Part shown: positions 1 to 11,168 of the stretch, piece by piece
How the letters are laid out: each line of letters opens with the position of its first letter
Numbering within the stretch: the stretch's first letter is position 1
From: Salisapilia sapeloensis CBS 127946
Lineage: Eukaryota; Protista; Oomycota
DNA: 63,112 bases
Assembly (NCBI GenBank): GCA_023334545.1
Contig: JAADVB010000094.1
Span: 1 to 63,112, forward strand
Direction: 5' to 3'
The notes under the pieces: model-generated
Told to the model about the DNA's origin: nothing
Database searches by the model: none
The model's input: only the letters and a program-made list of their open reading frames with translations
Made by a program: the position numbers and the translations under genes

Positions 1-789
1 ATAATAAAAGTAGTTCATTTCTATACTGTCGATCGATTGGAATTTTCTATTAACCCAAGCAAAACTTTAGTCCACTTAGGACGAGACAAAGAAGCGGTTT
101 GGTGTATCGAACTAAAGACATTGAATGTAGAAATCATAGTGTGTGAACTGTCATTATACGAAGAGGGTTAGTACCTTTGTCATTCACTGCAGTCAAAGAC
201 ATTTACGAGAATGAGTGCTTTGGCTGCAGCTACAACTGAATTCTATTTCTTATCTAAAGTTCATACTGCTTGCTTCGATCAACAAGTATCTTTCGAAGCT
301 TTCGGGTATTCCCGTTGAGCATCTTGGTTGTGGACACTAAAGTACAGTCAGGCAATGATAAATCTTTAATCTAGACACTCCTTGCTGCATCATGTACACC
401 ATCCATGTGCAGCATTGCTCATATCGGCCTACTTCAGAGTTCGATTTCCTTTCTTCAAGGTATTCAATACAAAAATGAAGTTAACCTGATTACACCATAC
501 CTCACGAAAACAACTAAATCTTGTTGTAAACGTCCAAGATAAACTCCATCTCAAGTCCCCGATTGCCGCAACCAAGCACTGCCATCACACCCATAAGCGC
601 CAATCCTTTATTACTGTCAATTCATATTAAACAATATCCTCTCTCTATTCTCCAACGCCCTATTTCTTTGGAAATGAAGTCCCATCTAAACGTCGTTCTA
701 AACAACTTCCAATAAAAAACACCAGAAACTTCCAATATCTTCCGAACGGAACAGAATCCAATCTGCCGTCAACTACCAAGACGTCGAGC

Positions 790-3700
790 ATGCCGCCATC
801 CAAGTCTTCCTTTAAAGAGCGTGAAGACCAGCTCTTGCGTGAACTCTCGGGTCTATACTCGAAGCTCAACAGCGTCCGCCAACAGCGCGAGCATGTGGAC
901 ATGCCGGACCCCCAACGTTCCACGAGCGACGCTGCCGCCGATGAGGAAGGTCGTCCACGACGCCGTCGCCGCGTCATCCTTGTCACTCGATCGCTGCCAT
1001 TTAAACTGACTCCATCCAGTGGAGACTCTGCCAGCAACACCGCATCCACGGAATCCACGGATGGCGCGGCTGGTGCTTCCACTTCAACTTCATCCGTCGG
1101 AACGACGCAGTGGCGCGCTGAGTTCTCCGACACGGTCAATTTGGATAGTGCAATGGAGACGTACCGGAACATTCATGACAGCTACGATTGTGTCTGGATT
1201 GGCTCCGTCCACGGCGATGTCGAGGCGTCGGATCAGAATAATCTCAAGGAGCAGCTATTGCACGAGCGCAAGTATTACCCAGTCTTCTTGGATGACAAGA
1301 AGGAGAAACTGTTCTACCAAGGATACTGCAAGACACTCATGTGGCCCATCTATCACTCGATCCCACCCACTTCAGACGACCAATTGCAGACACTTGATCT
1401 GGACGTTGGCGGAACGGACGATGAGGACACGACGGAGAAAATGTGGCAAGCCTATCAATCCGTCAACCAGTCTTTCGCAGATGCCATTCGTGACGTGTAT
1501 GAAGAAGGCGACATCGTTTGGATCCAAGGATACCACTTGTCACTTGTGCCACAGATGGTCCGCTCGTTGTTCCCGAACACGAACGTCCCTGTAGGTTTCT
1601 TTATGCACATTCCGTTCCCAAGCTCAGAGCTCTACCGTGTTTTGAGCAACCGGGAGGAAATCATGACCGGTATGCTCGGTGCAGACCTCCTCGGTTTCCA
1701 AACGTACGAATTCGCGAGACATTTCCAGAGCTGCACCATTCGTTTACTCGGACTCGAAAGCAGCCACAAGGGTGTCGACTTTAACGGTCACTTTACACGC
1801 ATCACAATCTGTCCTGTTGGCATCGATGCCAAGCGACTTAAGTCTCTCGTCGCGTCTGACGGCGTGCAAGAGAATGTGCGTCAGTTGCGTCAGCAGTTTG
1901 CCGGTAAGAGGCTGATCCTCGGTGTTGATCCGCTTGATCAAACGAAGGGACTGCTCCACAAGCTACTAGCCGTCGAAGAGATGTTCACAGCGAATCCAGA
2001 ACTGGCCAAGGAAACGATCTTTTTGCAGATCGTATCCAGCCCTGCATCTATCTTTGATAGCAGCCTCGGCTCCCAAGTCGAATCTCTCGTCTCGCGTATT
2101 AACAGCAAGCTGCAAGACCTTGGCGCCGACGGACCTGTCCAGTATCTGAACAAGGAGATTCCGATGGATTCGCTTCTTGCTCTCTTCTGCGTCGCAGATA
2201 CCCTTGCGAGTACGCCACTACGAGACGGTATGAACACCATTCCTCTCGAGTACGTTGTTTGCCGCGAAGTCAGCAAAGAGTGCTCTCGTGTCGTACTATC
2301 CGAGTTTGCCGGGTGTGCCCATTCACTCGGTGGCGCGACACTCACAAACCCTTGGAACACGGAGCAGCTTGCGGGTGCACTTAAGAGGACGGCGGAAGAC
2401 TCGGATGACATTCAACGAGCCCATCGAAACATGTACGACTACGTCACGACGTTCACTTCCCAGCGATGGGGAGACAACTTCTTGGAGCAGCTGCGTGAAT
2501 GCAGTGACGAAAACGCTTCCGCTGTATCTGGACGGGAGCTAAGCCGACGCGACATGACCTCTGCGTACGTGCGTTCAGGGCGTCGCATGGTGTTTATCAA
2601 CTATGAAGGCGTCTTGGCCGCCGACGCATCTATCCCAGAGTTGTCGTACCCACCGCAAGAACTGTTGTGGCAGCTCAGTATGCTCACGAAGGACCCGCGG
2701 AACATTGTTGTCTTGATCAGTGCGCGCAGTATGAATGTGTGCGACCAATGGTTCGCGGAGCTCCAAGGATCCGTGGTGCTTGCGGCCGAGTACGGCGTGT
2801 ACGTCAAGTGGCTTGGAGACAATCAGAGCTGGCACTGCACCGTTCCGAACTTGGACCTGTCATGGTGGCAGGCCGTCGTCCCTCTTCTCGAGTATTACAC
2901 GGAGCGTACGCCTGGTGCCTTCATCGAACGCAAGGACAGCTCTGCGACATGGCACTACCGTGACTGCGACTTGGACCATGGCGCGTGGCAAGCAAGTGAG
3001 CTTCTAATCTCTCTGCGAGAACTCACACGTGCGCTCCCTGTATCCGTCGTCCCTGGTCCGAGATGCTTGGAAGTACGTCCGCAGAAACTCAGCAAGGCCG
3101 CCTTGTTCGACAAGATCTGGGAGTTTGCCAACCACGCATCTTCACATCATGGAGAAATGCCTGACCCGGAAATTTTCTTTGGAGAAAAGGTCTCTCGAGC
3201 CACTTCGACTGCTTCCAAGGACAAGGATGCTCTACCTACGGACTTACAGTCATCCAAGCCGCAAGAAAGTGTCGACATGAGTAGCCAGAGCGTCGACTTT
3301 GTCCTCGTCATCGCATCTGGAGACGATCGGACGGATGAAGATCTCTTCTCGCACCTCGTTCCGCCTCCGCTAGACCTCGAAGCGTACTGCCGTCAGCTAG
3401 AGCAAGAGGAACAAAGCGGTTCATCGCACCGTCGCACCGGCAGCAACCCTCGCGTCCTGACTTCCTCCGACAAGTCTCGTCTTCCATCATCTCTGGAGCG
3501 TCTCGCACCCACTGGCGCAGACGCAGACCTGTTGGACCAGCAGAACGTCGCGAAGAGTCTCAATCCGTCCGTGAAGTACGCCACCAAGGGTAATGCGTCT
3601 GTCCCACACAGTGCTGCGAGTAAGTTCCCGAAGACCATGCTGAGCTCTTCGACGAACGCTCGTCGAGACGAGATCACGGAGAAGAGCAAGTTTACGCCCC

Positions 3701-4086
3701 GTCGCGACTTCCCGCCCACTGCTGCGCTCTTCAAGGCGTTGCGGACCAAGTACGGCGAGAACTTTGACATGCGCCGCGTGCCGGACACACCTGCTGCGGC
3801 CTGGGCACTTGTCGTTCCGCCACAAGCACGCGCGAGGTTGGAAGACAGTACGGAGAGTGAGGTCGAGGCGAAGGAGACGAGCAAGGAGGAGGAGGCGAGT
3901 ACCAAGTACAAGTTCCCTGTGAACACGTTCGTGTGCACGTTGGGTCGGAAGCTATCGCAGGCGCCGTACTACATTAAGAACTCTGCCGACTTGTTCCAAC
4001 TGCTGCAGGAGATGGGTCTCAACAGCCACTTGCACAAGCAAAGGATGATGTCGACTTCGGACAACACGACGGACAGTTTGCAGTAG
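790..4086 (+). CDS. Trehalose-6-phosphate synthase/phosphatase-like fusion (GT20 + HAD), probably non-catalytic
   Basis: Uninterrupted 1098 aa ORF. GT20 motifs LMWPIYH, GFFMHIPFPSSE, GADLLGFQT, PVGID, RDGMN and VLSEFAG. TPP-like half has WFAEL..LAAEYG, YYTERTPGAFIERK and GDDRTDEDLF. Confidence 0.92.
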   Translation: MPPSKSSFKEREDQLLRELSGLYSKLNSVRQQREHVDMPDPQRSTSDAAADEEGRPRRRRRVILVTRSLPFKLTPSSGDSASNTASTESTDGAAGASTSTSSVGTTQWRAEFSDTVNLDSAMETYRNIHDSYDCVWIGSVHGDVEASDQNNLKEQLLHERKYYPVFLDDKKEKLFYQGYCKTLMWPIYHSIPPTSDDQLQTLDLDVGGTDDEDTTEKMWQAYQSVNQSFADAIRDVYEEGDIVWIQGYHLSLVPQMVRSLFPNTNVPVGFFMHIPFPSSELYRVLSNREEIMTGMLGADLLGFQTYEFARHFQSCTIRLLGLESSHKGVDFNGHFTRITICPVGIDAKRLKSLVASDGVQENVRQLRQQFAGKRLILGVDPLDQTKGLLHKLLAVEEMFTANPELAKETIFLQIVSSPASIFDSSLGSQVESLVSRINSKLQDLGADGPVQYLNKEIPMDSLLALFCVADTLASTPLRDGMNTIPLEYVVCREVSKECSRVVLSEFAGCAHSLGGATLTNPWNTEQLAGALKRTAEDSDDIQRAHRNMYDYVTTFTSQRWGDNFLEQLRECSDENASAVSGRELSRRDMTSAYVRSGRRMVFINYEGVLAADASIPELSYPPQELLWQLSMLTKDPRNIVVLISARSMNVCDQWFAELQGSVVLAAEYGVYVKWLGDNQSWHCTVPNLDLSWWQAVVPLLEYYTERTPGAFIERKDSSATWHYRDCDLDHGAWQASELLISLRELTRALPVSVVPGPRCLEVRPQKLSKAALFDKIWEFANHASSHHGEMPDPEIFFGEKVSRATSTASKDKDALPTDLQSSKPQESVDMSSQSVDFVLVIASGDDRTDEDLFSHLVPPPLDLEAYCRQLEQEEQSGSSHRRTGSNPRVLTSSDKSRLPSSLERLAPTGADADLLDQQNVAKSLNPSVKYATKGNASVPHSAASKFPKTMLSSSTNARRDEITEKSKFTPRRDFPPTAALFKALRTKYGENFDMRRVPDTPAAAWALVVPPQARARLEDSTESEVEAKETSKEEEASTKYKFPVNTFVCTLGRKLSQAPYYIKNSADLFQLLQEMGLNSHLHKQRMMSTSDNTTDSLQ

Positions 4087-4101
4087 AGAGATTATATTGC
4101 T

Positions 4102-5835
4102 TTAAGCTAGATGCTTTAGACGAAGTAGACCGATGGCGTTCCCGACGCCCGTGACGTTGGTGTACTTGTCAGCTATAAAAGAATAAGAGAGAGTGAAAGG
4201 TGAAGGAGATGAGGTCGTACCGTTTTCATTGCATAAGGAGAAGAGGAGTTCGCCTGTGTATCGTTTGACTTCCGTGTCGAGACATGTGAGAAAGTAGAGA
4301 AGGTGGGATAAGAGGTAGGATGGAGGTGGGAGTGGTGGCGACAAGGTTATTGGAGTTGATAGAGCGTCATGTGGGTGGATGGAGAGATGCTGCTGGAAAA
4401 AGGTCTTGATCTCGACGTTGTTTGTGCTTGTGAGGTTGTAGCAGACGATCAGAGCTGGTAAGAGGTCTCGCATCGGTCTATCCGAGTGTCATGGTCGTTA
4501 GGGTATAAATTTAAAGTAGGAATGGTAACCTGGTTTTCTCGACTCGGACTGCAATCAGCATGATATGGAGCTGATGGAGGAACTTTACGAGTGGAGGAAT
4601 GGAGCCTGGGTTCTCTTCTGGTCGTAGGACAAACGCAGCTAGGATACTTGGTGGGAGAAACATGAATACTTCCATGGCTTTCACTGCTATCGATAGCATG
4701 CTCACATCCAACGCAGAACAATGCTCTGATGTGGAGCAGCAAATAATGTTGAGAATGTCCTGTCCGAATCTACAAGATATGATGGATGAGGGTACTACAA
4801 GATAGTAGCAGGAAGAAATTTGTACTTGTGAATACATTGAAACAATTCTGGTTGATTCTCTTCGTTGTCGCTCGTCCACTCCATGTCGTTGACTACTACT
4901 GCGGATAGTTTGAGAACTTCCAGCATTAATTCACTGTTTTCGATTTGATTAGTTGATCGCTTGGTGAGCGAATGGAACACGAAGCGTAGCGTCTGCATTG
5001 GAATTTGACAAATTGTTAGATCGTGGTTATGTAGGTAAAAGGATTCGATAACTACCACTTGCATCGATCGCCATAAGTCTATTGACTCACAAAAGCCTTT
5101 TATCACTGCTTTCGATGCACAGCTCGTGAGCAGTGTCTTCCAGACCAAGATGTGATATGACGCTGGACCGGCATCCTAGGTTACCATGACAACTTATAAG
5201 CTTTTGATAGGATAGAGTTGACATTGAAACGTAGTTCAATATACTTTCAGCATAGCGATGTATCGTTGCATGTATCCCCTTGCAATGAAATGCTCGCGAA
5301 GGAAGTCTTCACGATCGTACAGACAGTTGAAAGCGCACTTGATGGCAGCTTCGTTGACTGCCCAGTCTTGATACTCCTTACTTTCAGCAAAAGCAAGAAA
5401 AATCTCCATTGCCTACAGACAATAATGATTTGTGTGTGACTCGACAGAGTTGACGATATAGCCAGAGTACCTTGATTGTGAGGAGAGGATCAATGTCACG
5501 GCGATCACGCATCATTGTCTTGCAAGCATCCAGCAGCATAACCAAATCTACAAGTCAACAATTCACATCTTGCTAGCGTCTACAAATATACAAGCAGACT
5601 ACGTGTCGATGGCAAAGACTCAGCCTCCTGAGCCTCCTGAACAATCCGAAGCGCTTGAACAATATTCGCAGCTGTAGCTCGTCGGTCAGACACTTGTCCC
5701 CTTTCTACAGTCATACAACCTCCTCTAAATACCACTTCAGCCTTTACTCTGAAAAAAGATATATCTACCTATACGTGCGCTGATCTGCTCAATCCACACC
5801 TCCAAGGAGCTTCCATCCATGAACTCGTCCAGCAT
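4102..5835 (-). CDS. RIC8: Ric-8/synembryn-like G-alpha chaperone/GEF, multi-exon
   Basis: C-terminal ELLFSLCNEN..KYTNVTGVGNAIGLL resembles the Ric-8 C-terminal signature. Upstream exons read on the minus strand (EAAIKCAFNCLYD, LLDACKTMMRDRRDIDPLL) lead to an ATG at 5835. Several short GT-AG introns; exon limits approximate. Confidence 0.75.
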
Positions 5836-5949
5836 ACTCGATAGATCTTTAACCGTCGCAATACGAACTACTTCCACTTCGTTACGATGTTTATTTTCAA
5901 CCAATCACCTACAAGTACGAAGCATCTCATCATAATCCAAATCGCCAAG

Positions 5950-6390
5950 ATGAAGCTCGTGACGCTCTGTATCGCTGCCTTTGCTGCCTTTGCTCAAGTC
6001 CAGGTGCATGCTTCTGAACAGGAAGACCTGCCGAATGATGCTCCCCTTCGTGTCGGCGTCAAACACCGTCCGGAGGACTGTGACATCCGTACGCAGCCTG
6101 GAGACACCGTGAGCATGCATTACACTGGCACACTTCGTAAGGACGGCTCCAAGTTCGACTCGAGCGTAGACAGAGGCGTTCCTCTTGAATTCGTGCTCGG
6201 CTCTGGCCGAGTCATTAAGGGATGGGACCAAGGTCTCGTCGGCATGTGCAAGGGTGAACAGCGCAAGCTGACGATTCCGTCCGACTTGGCGTATGGCGAC
6301 CGTGGTTTCCCGCCGACGATTCCAGCAAAAGCTACATTGGTCTTTGACGTTGAACTCGTCGACATCAAACGTCCCAAGTCTGAACTGTAA
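5950..6390 (+). CDS. ER-type FKBP peptidyl-prolyl isomerase (FKBP2/FKBP15-like)
   Basis: Signal peptide MKLVTLCIAAFAAFAQVQVHA, FKBP motifs HYTGTL..FDSS..GRVIKGWDQGL..IPSDLAYG, and C-terminal KSEL (KDEL-like). ATG at 5950 preferred over the ORF-track start. Confidence 0.95.
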   Translation: MKLVTLCIAAFAAFAQVQVHASEQEDLPNDAPLRVGVKHRPEDCDIRTQPGDTVSMHYTGTLRKDGSKFDSSVDRGVPLEFVLGSGRVIKGWDQGLVGMCKGEQRKLTIPSDLAYGDRGFPPTIPAKATLVFDVELVDIKRPKSEL

Positions 6391-6442
6391 TTGACAAATC
6401 AATTTCATTTCTTTCATTCTCTTTTCTTTTCTACATCACTAC

Positions 6443-8470
6443 TTAAGGCGTGTACGCTCCTTCCTGCTGCGTCGTCTCGTTATAAAATCGATCGTAAAAG
6501 CTATCGAGCGGAACGGATTGCAACCGTTTCTGTCTCTTCGTCACGCCTCGTTTCGTCGACACGCCTCGCTTCAACGACAGGCTCTTGGCATAATTCCGTA
6601 CGACCGGATGGTCTGGTATCAGTCGGACATGGACATACCCACTTGACGTACACTTGATTTCAGGTAGCTCCCACTCGTGATATCCACATGCTTTCAAGTA
6701 CTTTTCAATAAAATTCACTCGATCCTGGACTGGAATCGCAGATGACCATTGTTGGATCTGACCAATGAGGTTGTGTACGCCGAGGAGAATGTCTCCTCGA
6801 TGGCACTGGAGCTTCACCCAGACATACATAAAGACTGCCCAAGCAACATTGGCAAAGGTGAAGACAACTAGGAAGAAGATGAGGAGTGCCATCTCCGTCG
6901 GACTTGTATTTCCTGGGACTGAAGTGGAAACGAAGGGGTAGAAAGCACTTTCAAGTGCCAGGACACAGGCGAAGAGAAAGCAGAAGGAGAGATATTTGTC
7001 CAAAGTGGTGAAATAAGCCACTTTCGGTAGGTAATCTGCAACATTGTACTTGAACGTGACGGCCGTAAGGACTAGCGTCATGACGATTTGGATCCGATCG
7101 CCCATGTCCATGAATTCATTGTCTCCTGTCTCTCCTCTTGTCGGAGCATACGAAGTGAAACAGAGGTAGGTAATGATCGTCGCTGGAATAGCAAAGTTCA
7201 TCATGTAGTATCCACTCCGCCTTCGTAGCATCACTTCAAAGCGAACGTACGAATGCGCACAATTGTTAACAACGTCTCCCACAAAGACTTGATCACCTGT
7301 CGATATATCAAACTCATTCCCCATGCTAAAGTTCATCACGTCAAAGACACCGGCCGAAGGGACTTCTGGACAGATGGGAAGCAAGTCACTTCCACCTCGG
7401 CGCATTTGGAAAGGAAACGTCAGAACTTGCGTGTCGAATGGAAAGTGATAGAGGAACATCTCTTCGATAAAAGTCGCCGCCACGCGGCGAGTGTACTGTA
7501 GATCATAGACTCGCTTCACGATAGATGGAGACGTCGTGGGTGCGTATGGATCTGGCAGTTCAACATCGTCATTCGTAGGTATGATGGCTGGATCGATCGG
7601 CTGCTCCTCGATCTTAGACACGATGTTCGTAAAGTCGAATCCGTCTTCTCGAATATGAAGCGTATACAGGAGTTCTCGTAATAGCGTTTCTTTCTGTGAC
7701 GTCGTGATCCCTCGGAACGTCACTACCCACGTGACATCCGCCGAGAACTGCTGCATGGCTGTATTCACGTCGATGATGTTGTGGACAGTCAAGTGCGCAT
7801 ATGCCGGTGCTAGACCACCAAACACCTCTACTGTCACCGGTACATTACTGGACAGCATGGACTTATTATCACTAGATCCGGTTTTGCCAACAATCGATAG
7901 AGATGAGTGTGGTGGAGGAGGAGGCATCTTGCGCAGAAACCACTGCGTTGAGTCTTTATACTCAGCCAATTGCATCATCCACTGGAAAATTACTCGTTCA
8001 CCGTTATTAATCTGCCTCTCCAACGTCTTGACTTCAGAAGCAGACAACTCGGTCATCTTCCGAGTAAAGCATGAGACGCGCGTGTTGTTTCGAGTCCACT
8101 TTTTAATCTGCCAAATACCACCGAGCGGCCATCCGAACGCAAGATGGCTTGCTCGGTACTTTTCATTCGGTGGAATGGGGGTCTTCAAGTCGCACTTGAG
8201 GTAGTAGATCAAGTCAGCGGAGCTTCGATCGATGAGTACTCGCTCTAATTCGATCTGGAAATCCACGACGACACTTGTCCAATGCGATGAAGTCGGAGGA
8301 GCCATCGAATGATGCGAGAGAAGTCTCGAGTCCGTCCGAGAGTACTCCAGCGGTTGTCTAAACTCTTCTCTCGACATGATGAGGAGCAAGACGAGCGTGA
8401 TAGAAGGAAGTTTTTCGAATGAGTCATATCTCCGAGTACTGACGAAGAGTGTAGGTACGAGATTCTTCAT
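6443..8470 (-). CDS. Cys-less (Pro-loop) pentameric ligand-gated ion channel subunit
   Basis: LBD motifs VHNIIDVNTAMQQFSAD and YHFPFDTQVL, RRRSGYYMMN pre-M1, M2 GDRIQIVMTLVLTAVTF, LPKVAYFTTLDKY M2-M3 loop; four TM helices. True start uncertain. Confidence 0.85.
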   Translation of the reverse strand: MKNLVPTLFVSTRRYDSFEKLPSITLVLLLIMSREEFRQPLEYSRTDSRLLSHHSMAPPTSSHWTSVVVDFQIELERVLIDRSSADLIYYLKCDLKTPIPPNEKYRASHLAFGWPLGGIWQIKKWTRNNTRVSCFTRKMTELSASEVKTLERQINNGERVIFQWMMQLAEYKDSTQWFLRKMPPPPPHSSLSIVGKTGSSDNKSMLSSNVPVTVEVFGGLAPAYAHLTVHNIIDVNTAMQQFSADVTWVVTFRGITTSQKETLLRELLYTLHIREDGFDFTNIVSKIEEQPIDPAIIPTNDDVELPDPYAPTTSPSIVKRVYDLQYTRRVAATFIEEMFLYHFPFDTQVLTFPFQMRRGGSDLLPICPEVPSAGVFDVMNFSMGNEFDISTGDQVFVGDVVNNCAHSYVRFEVMLRRRSGYYMMNFAIPATIITYLCFTSYAPTRGETGDNEFMDMGDRIQIVMTLVLTAVTFKYNVADYLPKVAYFTTLDKYLSFCFLFACVLALESAFYPFVSTSVPGNTSPTEMALLIFFLVVFTFANVAWAVFMYVWVKLQCHRGDILLGVHNLIGQIQQWSSAIPVQDRVNFIEKYLKACGYHEWELPEIKCTSSGYVHVRLIPDHPVVRNYAKSLSLKRGVSTKRGVTKRQKRLQSVPLDSFYDRFYNETTQQEGAYTP

Positions 8471-8733
8471 AGGGAAGACATGTCACACTAGGATACATGA
8501 TAAAATCCGTCTTGAATGGCTACTAAAGATTTCAACCCAGCCAACTCAGGCGTTTCGACTTGCATACAGCTCACCTCGAGACTCTTCCTCGTCATAATCA
8601 CATCTGATAATCCCATCTCCTCGTCTCTCCTGCGCTTACAAAGATCAAGTGAAGTATACAAACACCAAATGTAAAACCAAACAACCGCTCTACTTCCAAG
8701 AAAAAAAGCACAAGATCCTTCTTACTTGGTACT

Positions 8734-10154
8734 ATGAGCGCATCGGAAGAAGTTGGCAAGAAGGCAGACTTGAGTGGACTCTATCAGACCACTTTGCCCC
8801 AAGCACAGTCCACTGCTTCCGCCGGGAAAGTTGACGAAGCATGTGAGATGCTGCTCAACGTCGAGAAGCAGGCTCGATTGGCGAACGACCTCCCGACGCT
8901 CAAGAGCGTCTGTGCTTCACTACTCGAACTCTGTGCGACGCATGCGAAGTGGACGTTATTGAAAGAGAACGTGACGTTGCTGTCGAAACGTCGAGCTCAA
9001 AAGTCGAGCGTCATTGCCGAAGTCGTGCAAAAAGCCATGACGTATCTCGAGTCCACGGACTCGGAGAGTACCAAGCAAGAGCTCATTGAAGCACTACGTG
9101 TCGTTGCAGAAGGCAAGATGTTTTTAGAAAAGGAACGAGCCACGTTGACGCAAATGCTGTCTCAAATGAAGGAAGCACGTGGTGAAATCGATGAAGCTGC
9201 CACCGTCCTCCAGGAAGTGCACGTCGAGACGTTCGGAGCCATGACAAAGCTCGAGAAGACCGAGTTCATTTTAGAGCAAGTGCGTCTGACTCTCTTAAAA
9301 AAAGACTATGTCCGAGCGAATATCTTGTCCAAGAAGATTTTGCGTCGAACGTTAGAGGAAGATGGCTTCCAGCAGTGTAAGCTCAAGTTCTACAAGCTCA
9401 TGATCGAGTACGATACGCACGAGGACGAGACGCTAGAGCTCTGTCGACACTGGCTCTCCATCTTCCACACGGACATTGTCCAGGAAGACGAGAGCAAGTG
9501 GACGGAAGCCTTGGAACACGCTGCTATCTTTGTCGTTCTATCGTCGCACTCGAACCTCCAATCCGACCTGCTCCACTCCATTTCGCGTGAAATGAAGCTC
9601 GAGAAACTCCCGGACTTTGAAGCCTTGTTGAAGAACTTTACGACCAAGGAAGTCATGACATACCCTTTGAGCATGGACCAAACGCTACAGAAGCATGCAG
9701 TCTTTACGCAAGAGCGAGGAGAAGAGTGGAAGACGAGACTCCACACGCGTGTGACGGAACACAACATCCGTGTCGTGGCAGAGCACTACGAACGCATTCG
9801 ACTGCCGCACTTGGCCGATATGCTTGGTTTGTCGGAAGATGTAGGCTTGATGACTATTAGGTAGAGGTTCTAGTCGACTAATATTGTCGTAGGTGACGGA
9901 AAGGAGCATCTCGAACTTGGTGAGCGACGGTGCAATCTACGCCAAGATCGACCGTCCAGCGAAACTCATCTCTTTCCTACGCCCGCAATCTCCCGAGGAA
10001 CAATTATCCGACTGGTCTGGTACGTTCCTCTCCTCTATATATGCTACTACTTGAGGTACTTATAAACATGGTAGCGGACGTGTCCCAACTGCTTCGACTT
10101 GTGGAGACGACGTGCCATTTGATCAACAAGGAGACGATGGTCCACAAGATCTAG
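8734..10154 (+). CDS. RPN5: 26S proteasome lid subunit Rpn5/PSMD12, two 3' introns
   Basis: LLNVEKQARLANDL, LSKRRAQ, EGKMFLEKERA, QEVHVETFGAM, FILEQVRL, RVTEHNIRVVAEHYERI; last exon ETTCHLINKETMVHKI ends at the TAG at 10154. Confidence 0.95.
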
Positions 10155-10186
10155 AGAGACTCGAAAGAAAGAAAGATGCTTCTCTT

Positions 10187-10957
10187 CTATTTCTCTTCTT
10201 CCGCATCCTCAAACTGTCCGTCTTCACCTCCATTCTCGTCGACTGTTAATACCGAGTCCAAGTGCGCGAGTACTTGAGCTGCGTGGGCATTGCCTTCCAC
10301 TTCCTCTGCATTGTAAATCCATCCGTTGCCATTCATCTCGTCTTCATCTTCCGAATCCGAGTCAGGATTCAGCTCTGCTGCCTTGGAAAAGGCTGCAAAG
10401 ACCTCTTGGACTAGCAAATTGTCATGTCAGTAGTTCTAGATATAGTGGTAGGAAGGAAATGCTGTACGTTGGTCTTCATTCGATGGCACGAAGCGAACTT
10501 CGCCACAATCTTCCAAGTCCATCTACCAGAATCACATCAAATACACCGACAGAACTGTAGGAATCGTGTAGGAGAGTACTTGGCAGTAGACGCATGGGAG
10601 TGAAAAGGCGGAGGGGTCTCTCGAGATGGCGTGGAGAGAGATGATGCGCATGTCCCAGCCAAAGCCAGCACGCTGGGCGTTTGGATCACGAATCCACATG
10701 ATCCGCCTAGTCTACATGAGTACGTCTACTGCATTCAACAAAGAAGAGAGAGACCTAGATGTAACGTAGAGTGAGCCGTCGACACCATCCACCTGCTCGC
10801 TCTCGTCGTCGCCACTCATGTATAGCTGCACATGGTCAAAGGACTGGATCAGTCGCTCGGCTTCTTCATACCCAGTGTATTCTGCAGCCTCCTGCTCTGC
10901 CGTGCGCAGTACAGGGACATTGTCGTCACTTAACTCTGCTCGCGTGATCACGTTCAT
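10187..10957 (-). CDS. pICln/CLNS1A methylosome subunit-like (Voldacs PH-like domain), multi-exon
   Basis: Exons GSLYVTSR / ISLHAISRD..PCVYCQ / EMRFVP / QEVFAAFSKAAELNPD followed by an acidic tail match the pICln pattern. Confidence 0.8.
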
Positions 10958-11168
10958 GTCGGATGGACGATGTCGTCTCAAGTATGGCTACACTATCGTT
11001 CCTGCCGATGATGCAGCCATCACCAGTTCGCAGCGTAGTAGATTTGTACTGCAATCCATACTTCCTCTGCATGTAAAAGATAGTGAGAGTATTTCCATTG
11101 CATCCACTAGAGAACTCCAGTCGGATATGAGCAATACTTGTATTCTAATTGCGGTTAATCTCGATTAT

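Noticed and set aside
1-660. Splice-like signals and short frames on the minus strand at the window start
   Set aside because: No consistent reading frame could be assembled; it may belong to a gene outside the window but cannot be supported.
4102-8470. RIC8 next to a pLGIC as a channel-chaperone pair
   Set aside because: The pLGIC chaperone is RIC-3, which is unrelated to Ric-8; only the names are similar.
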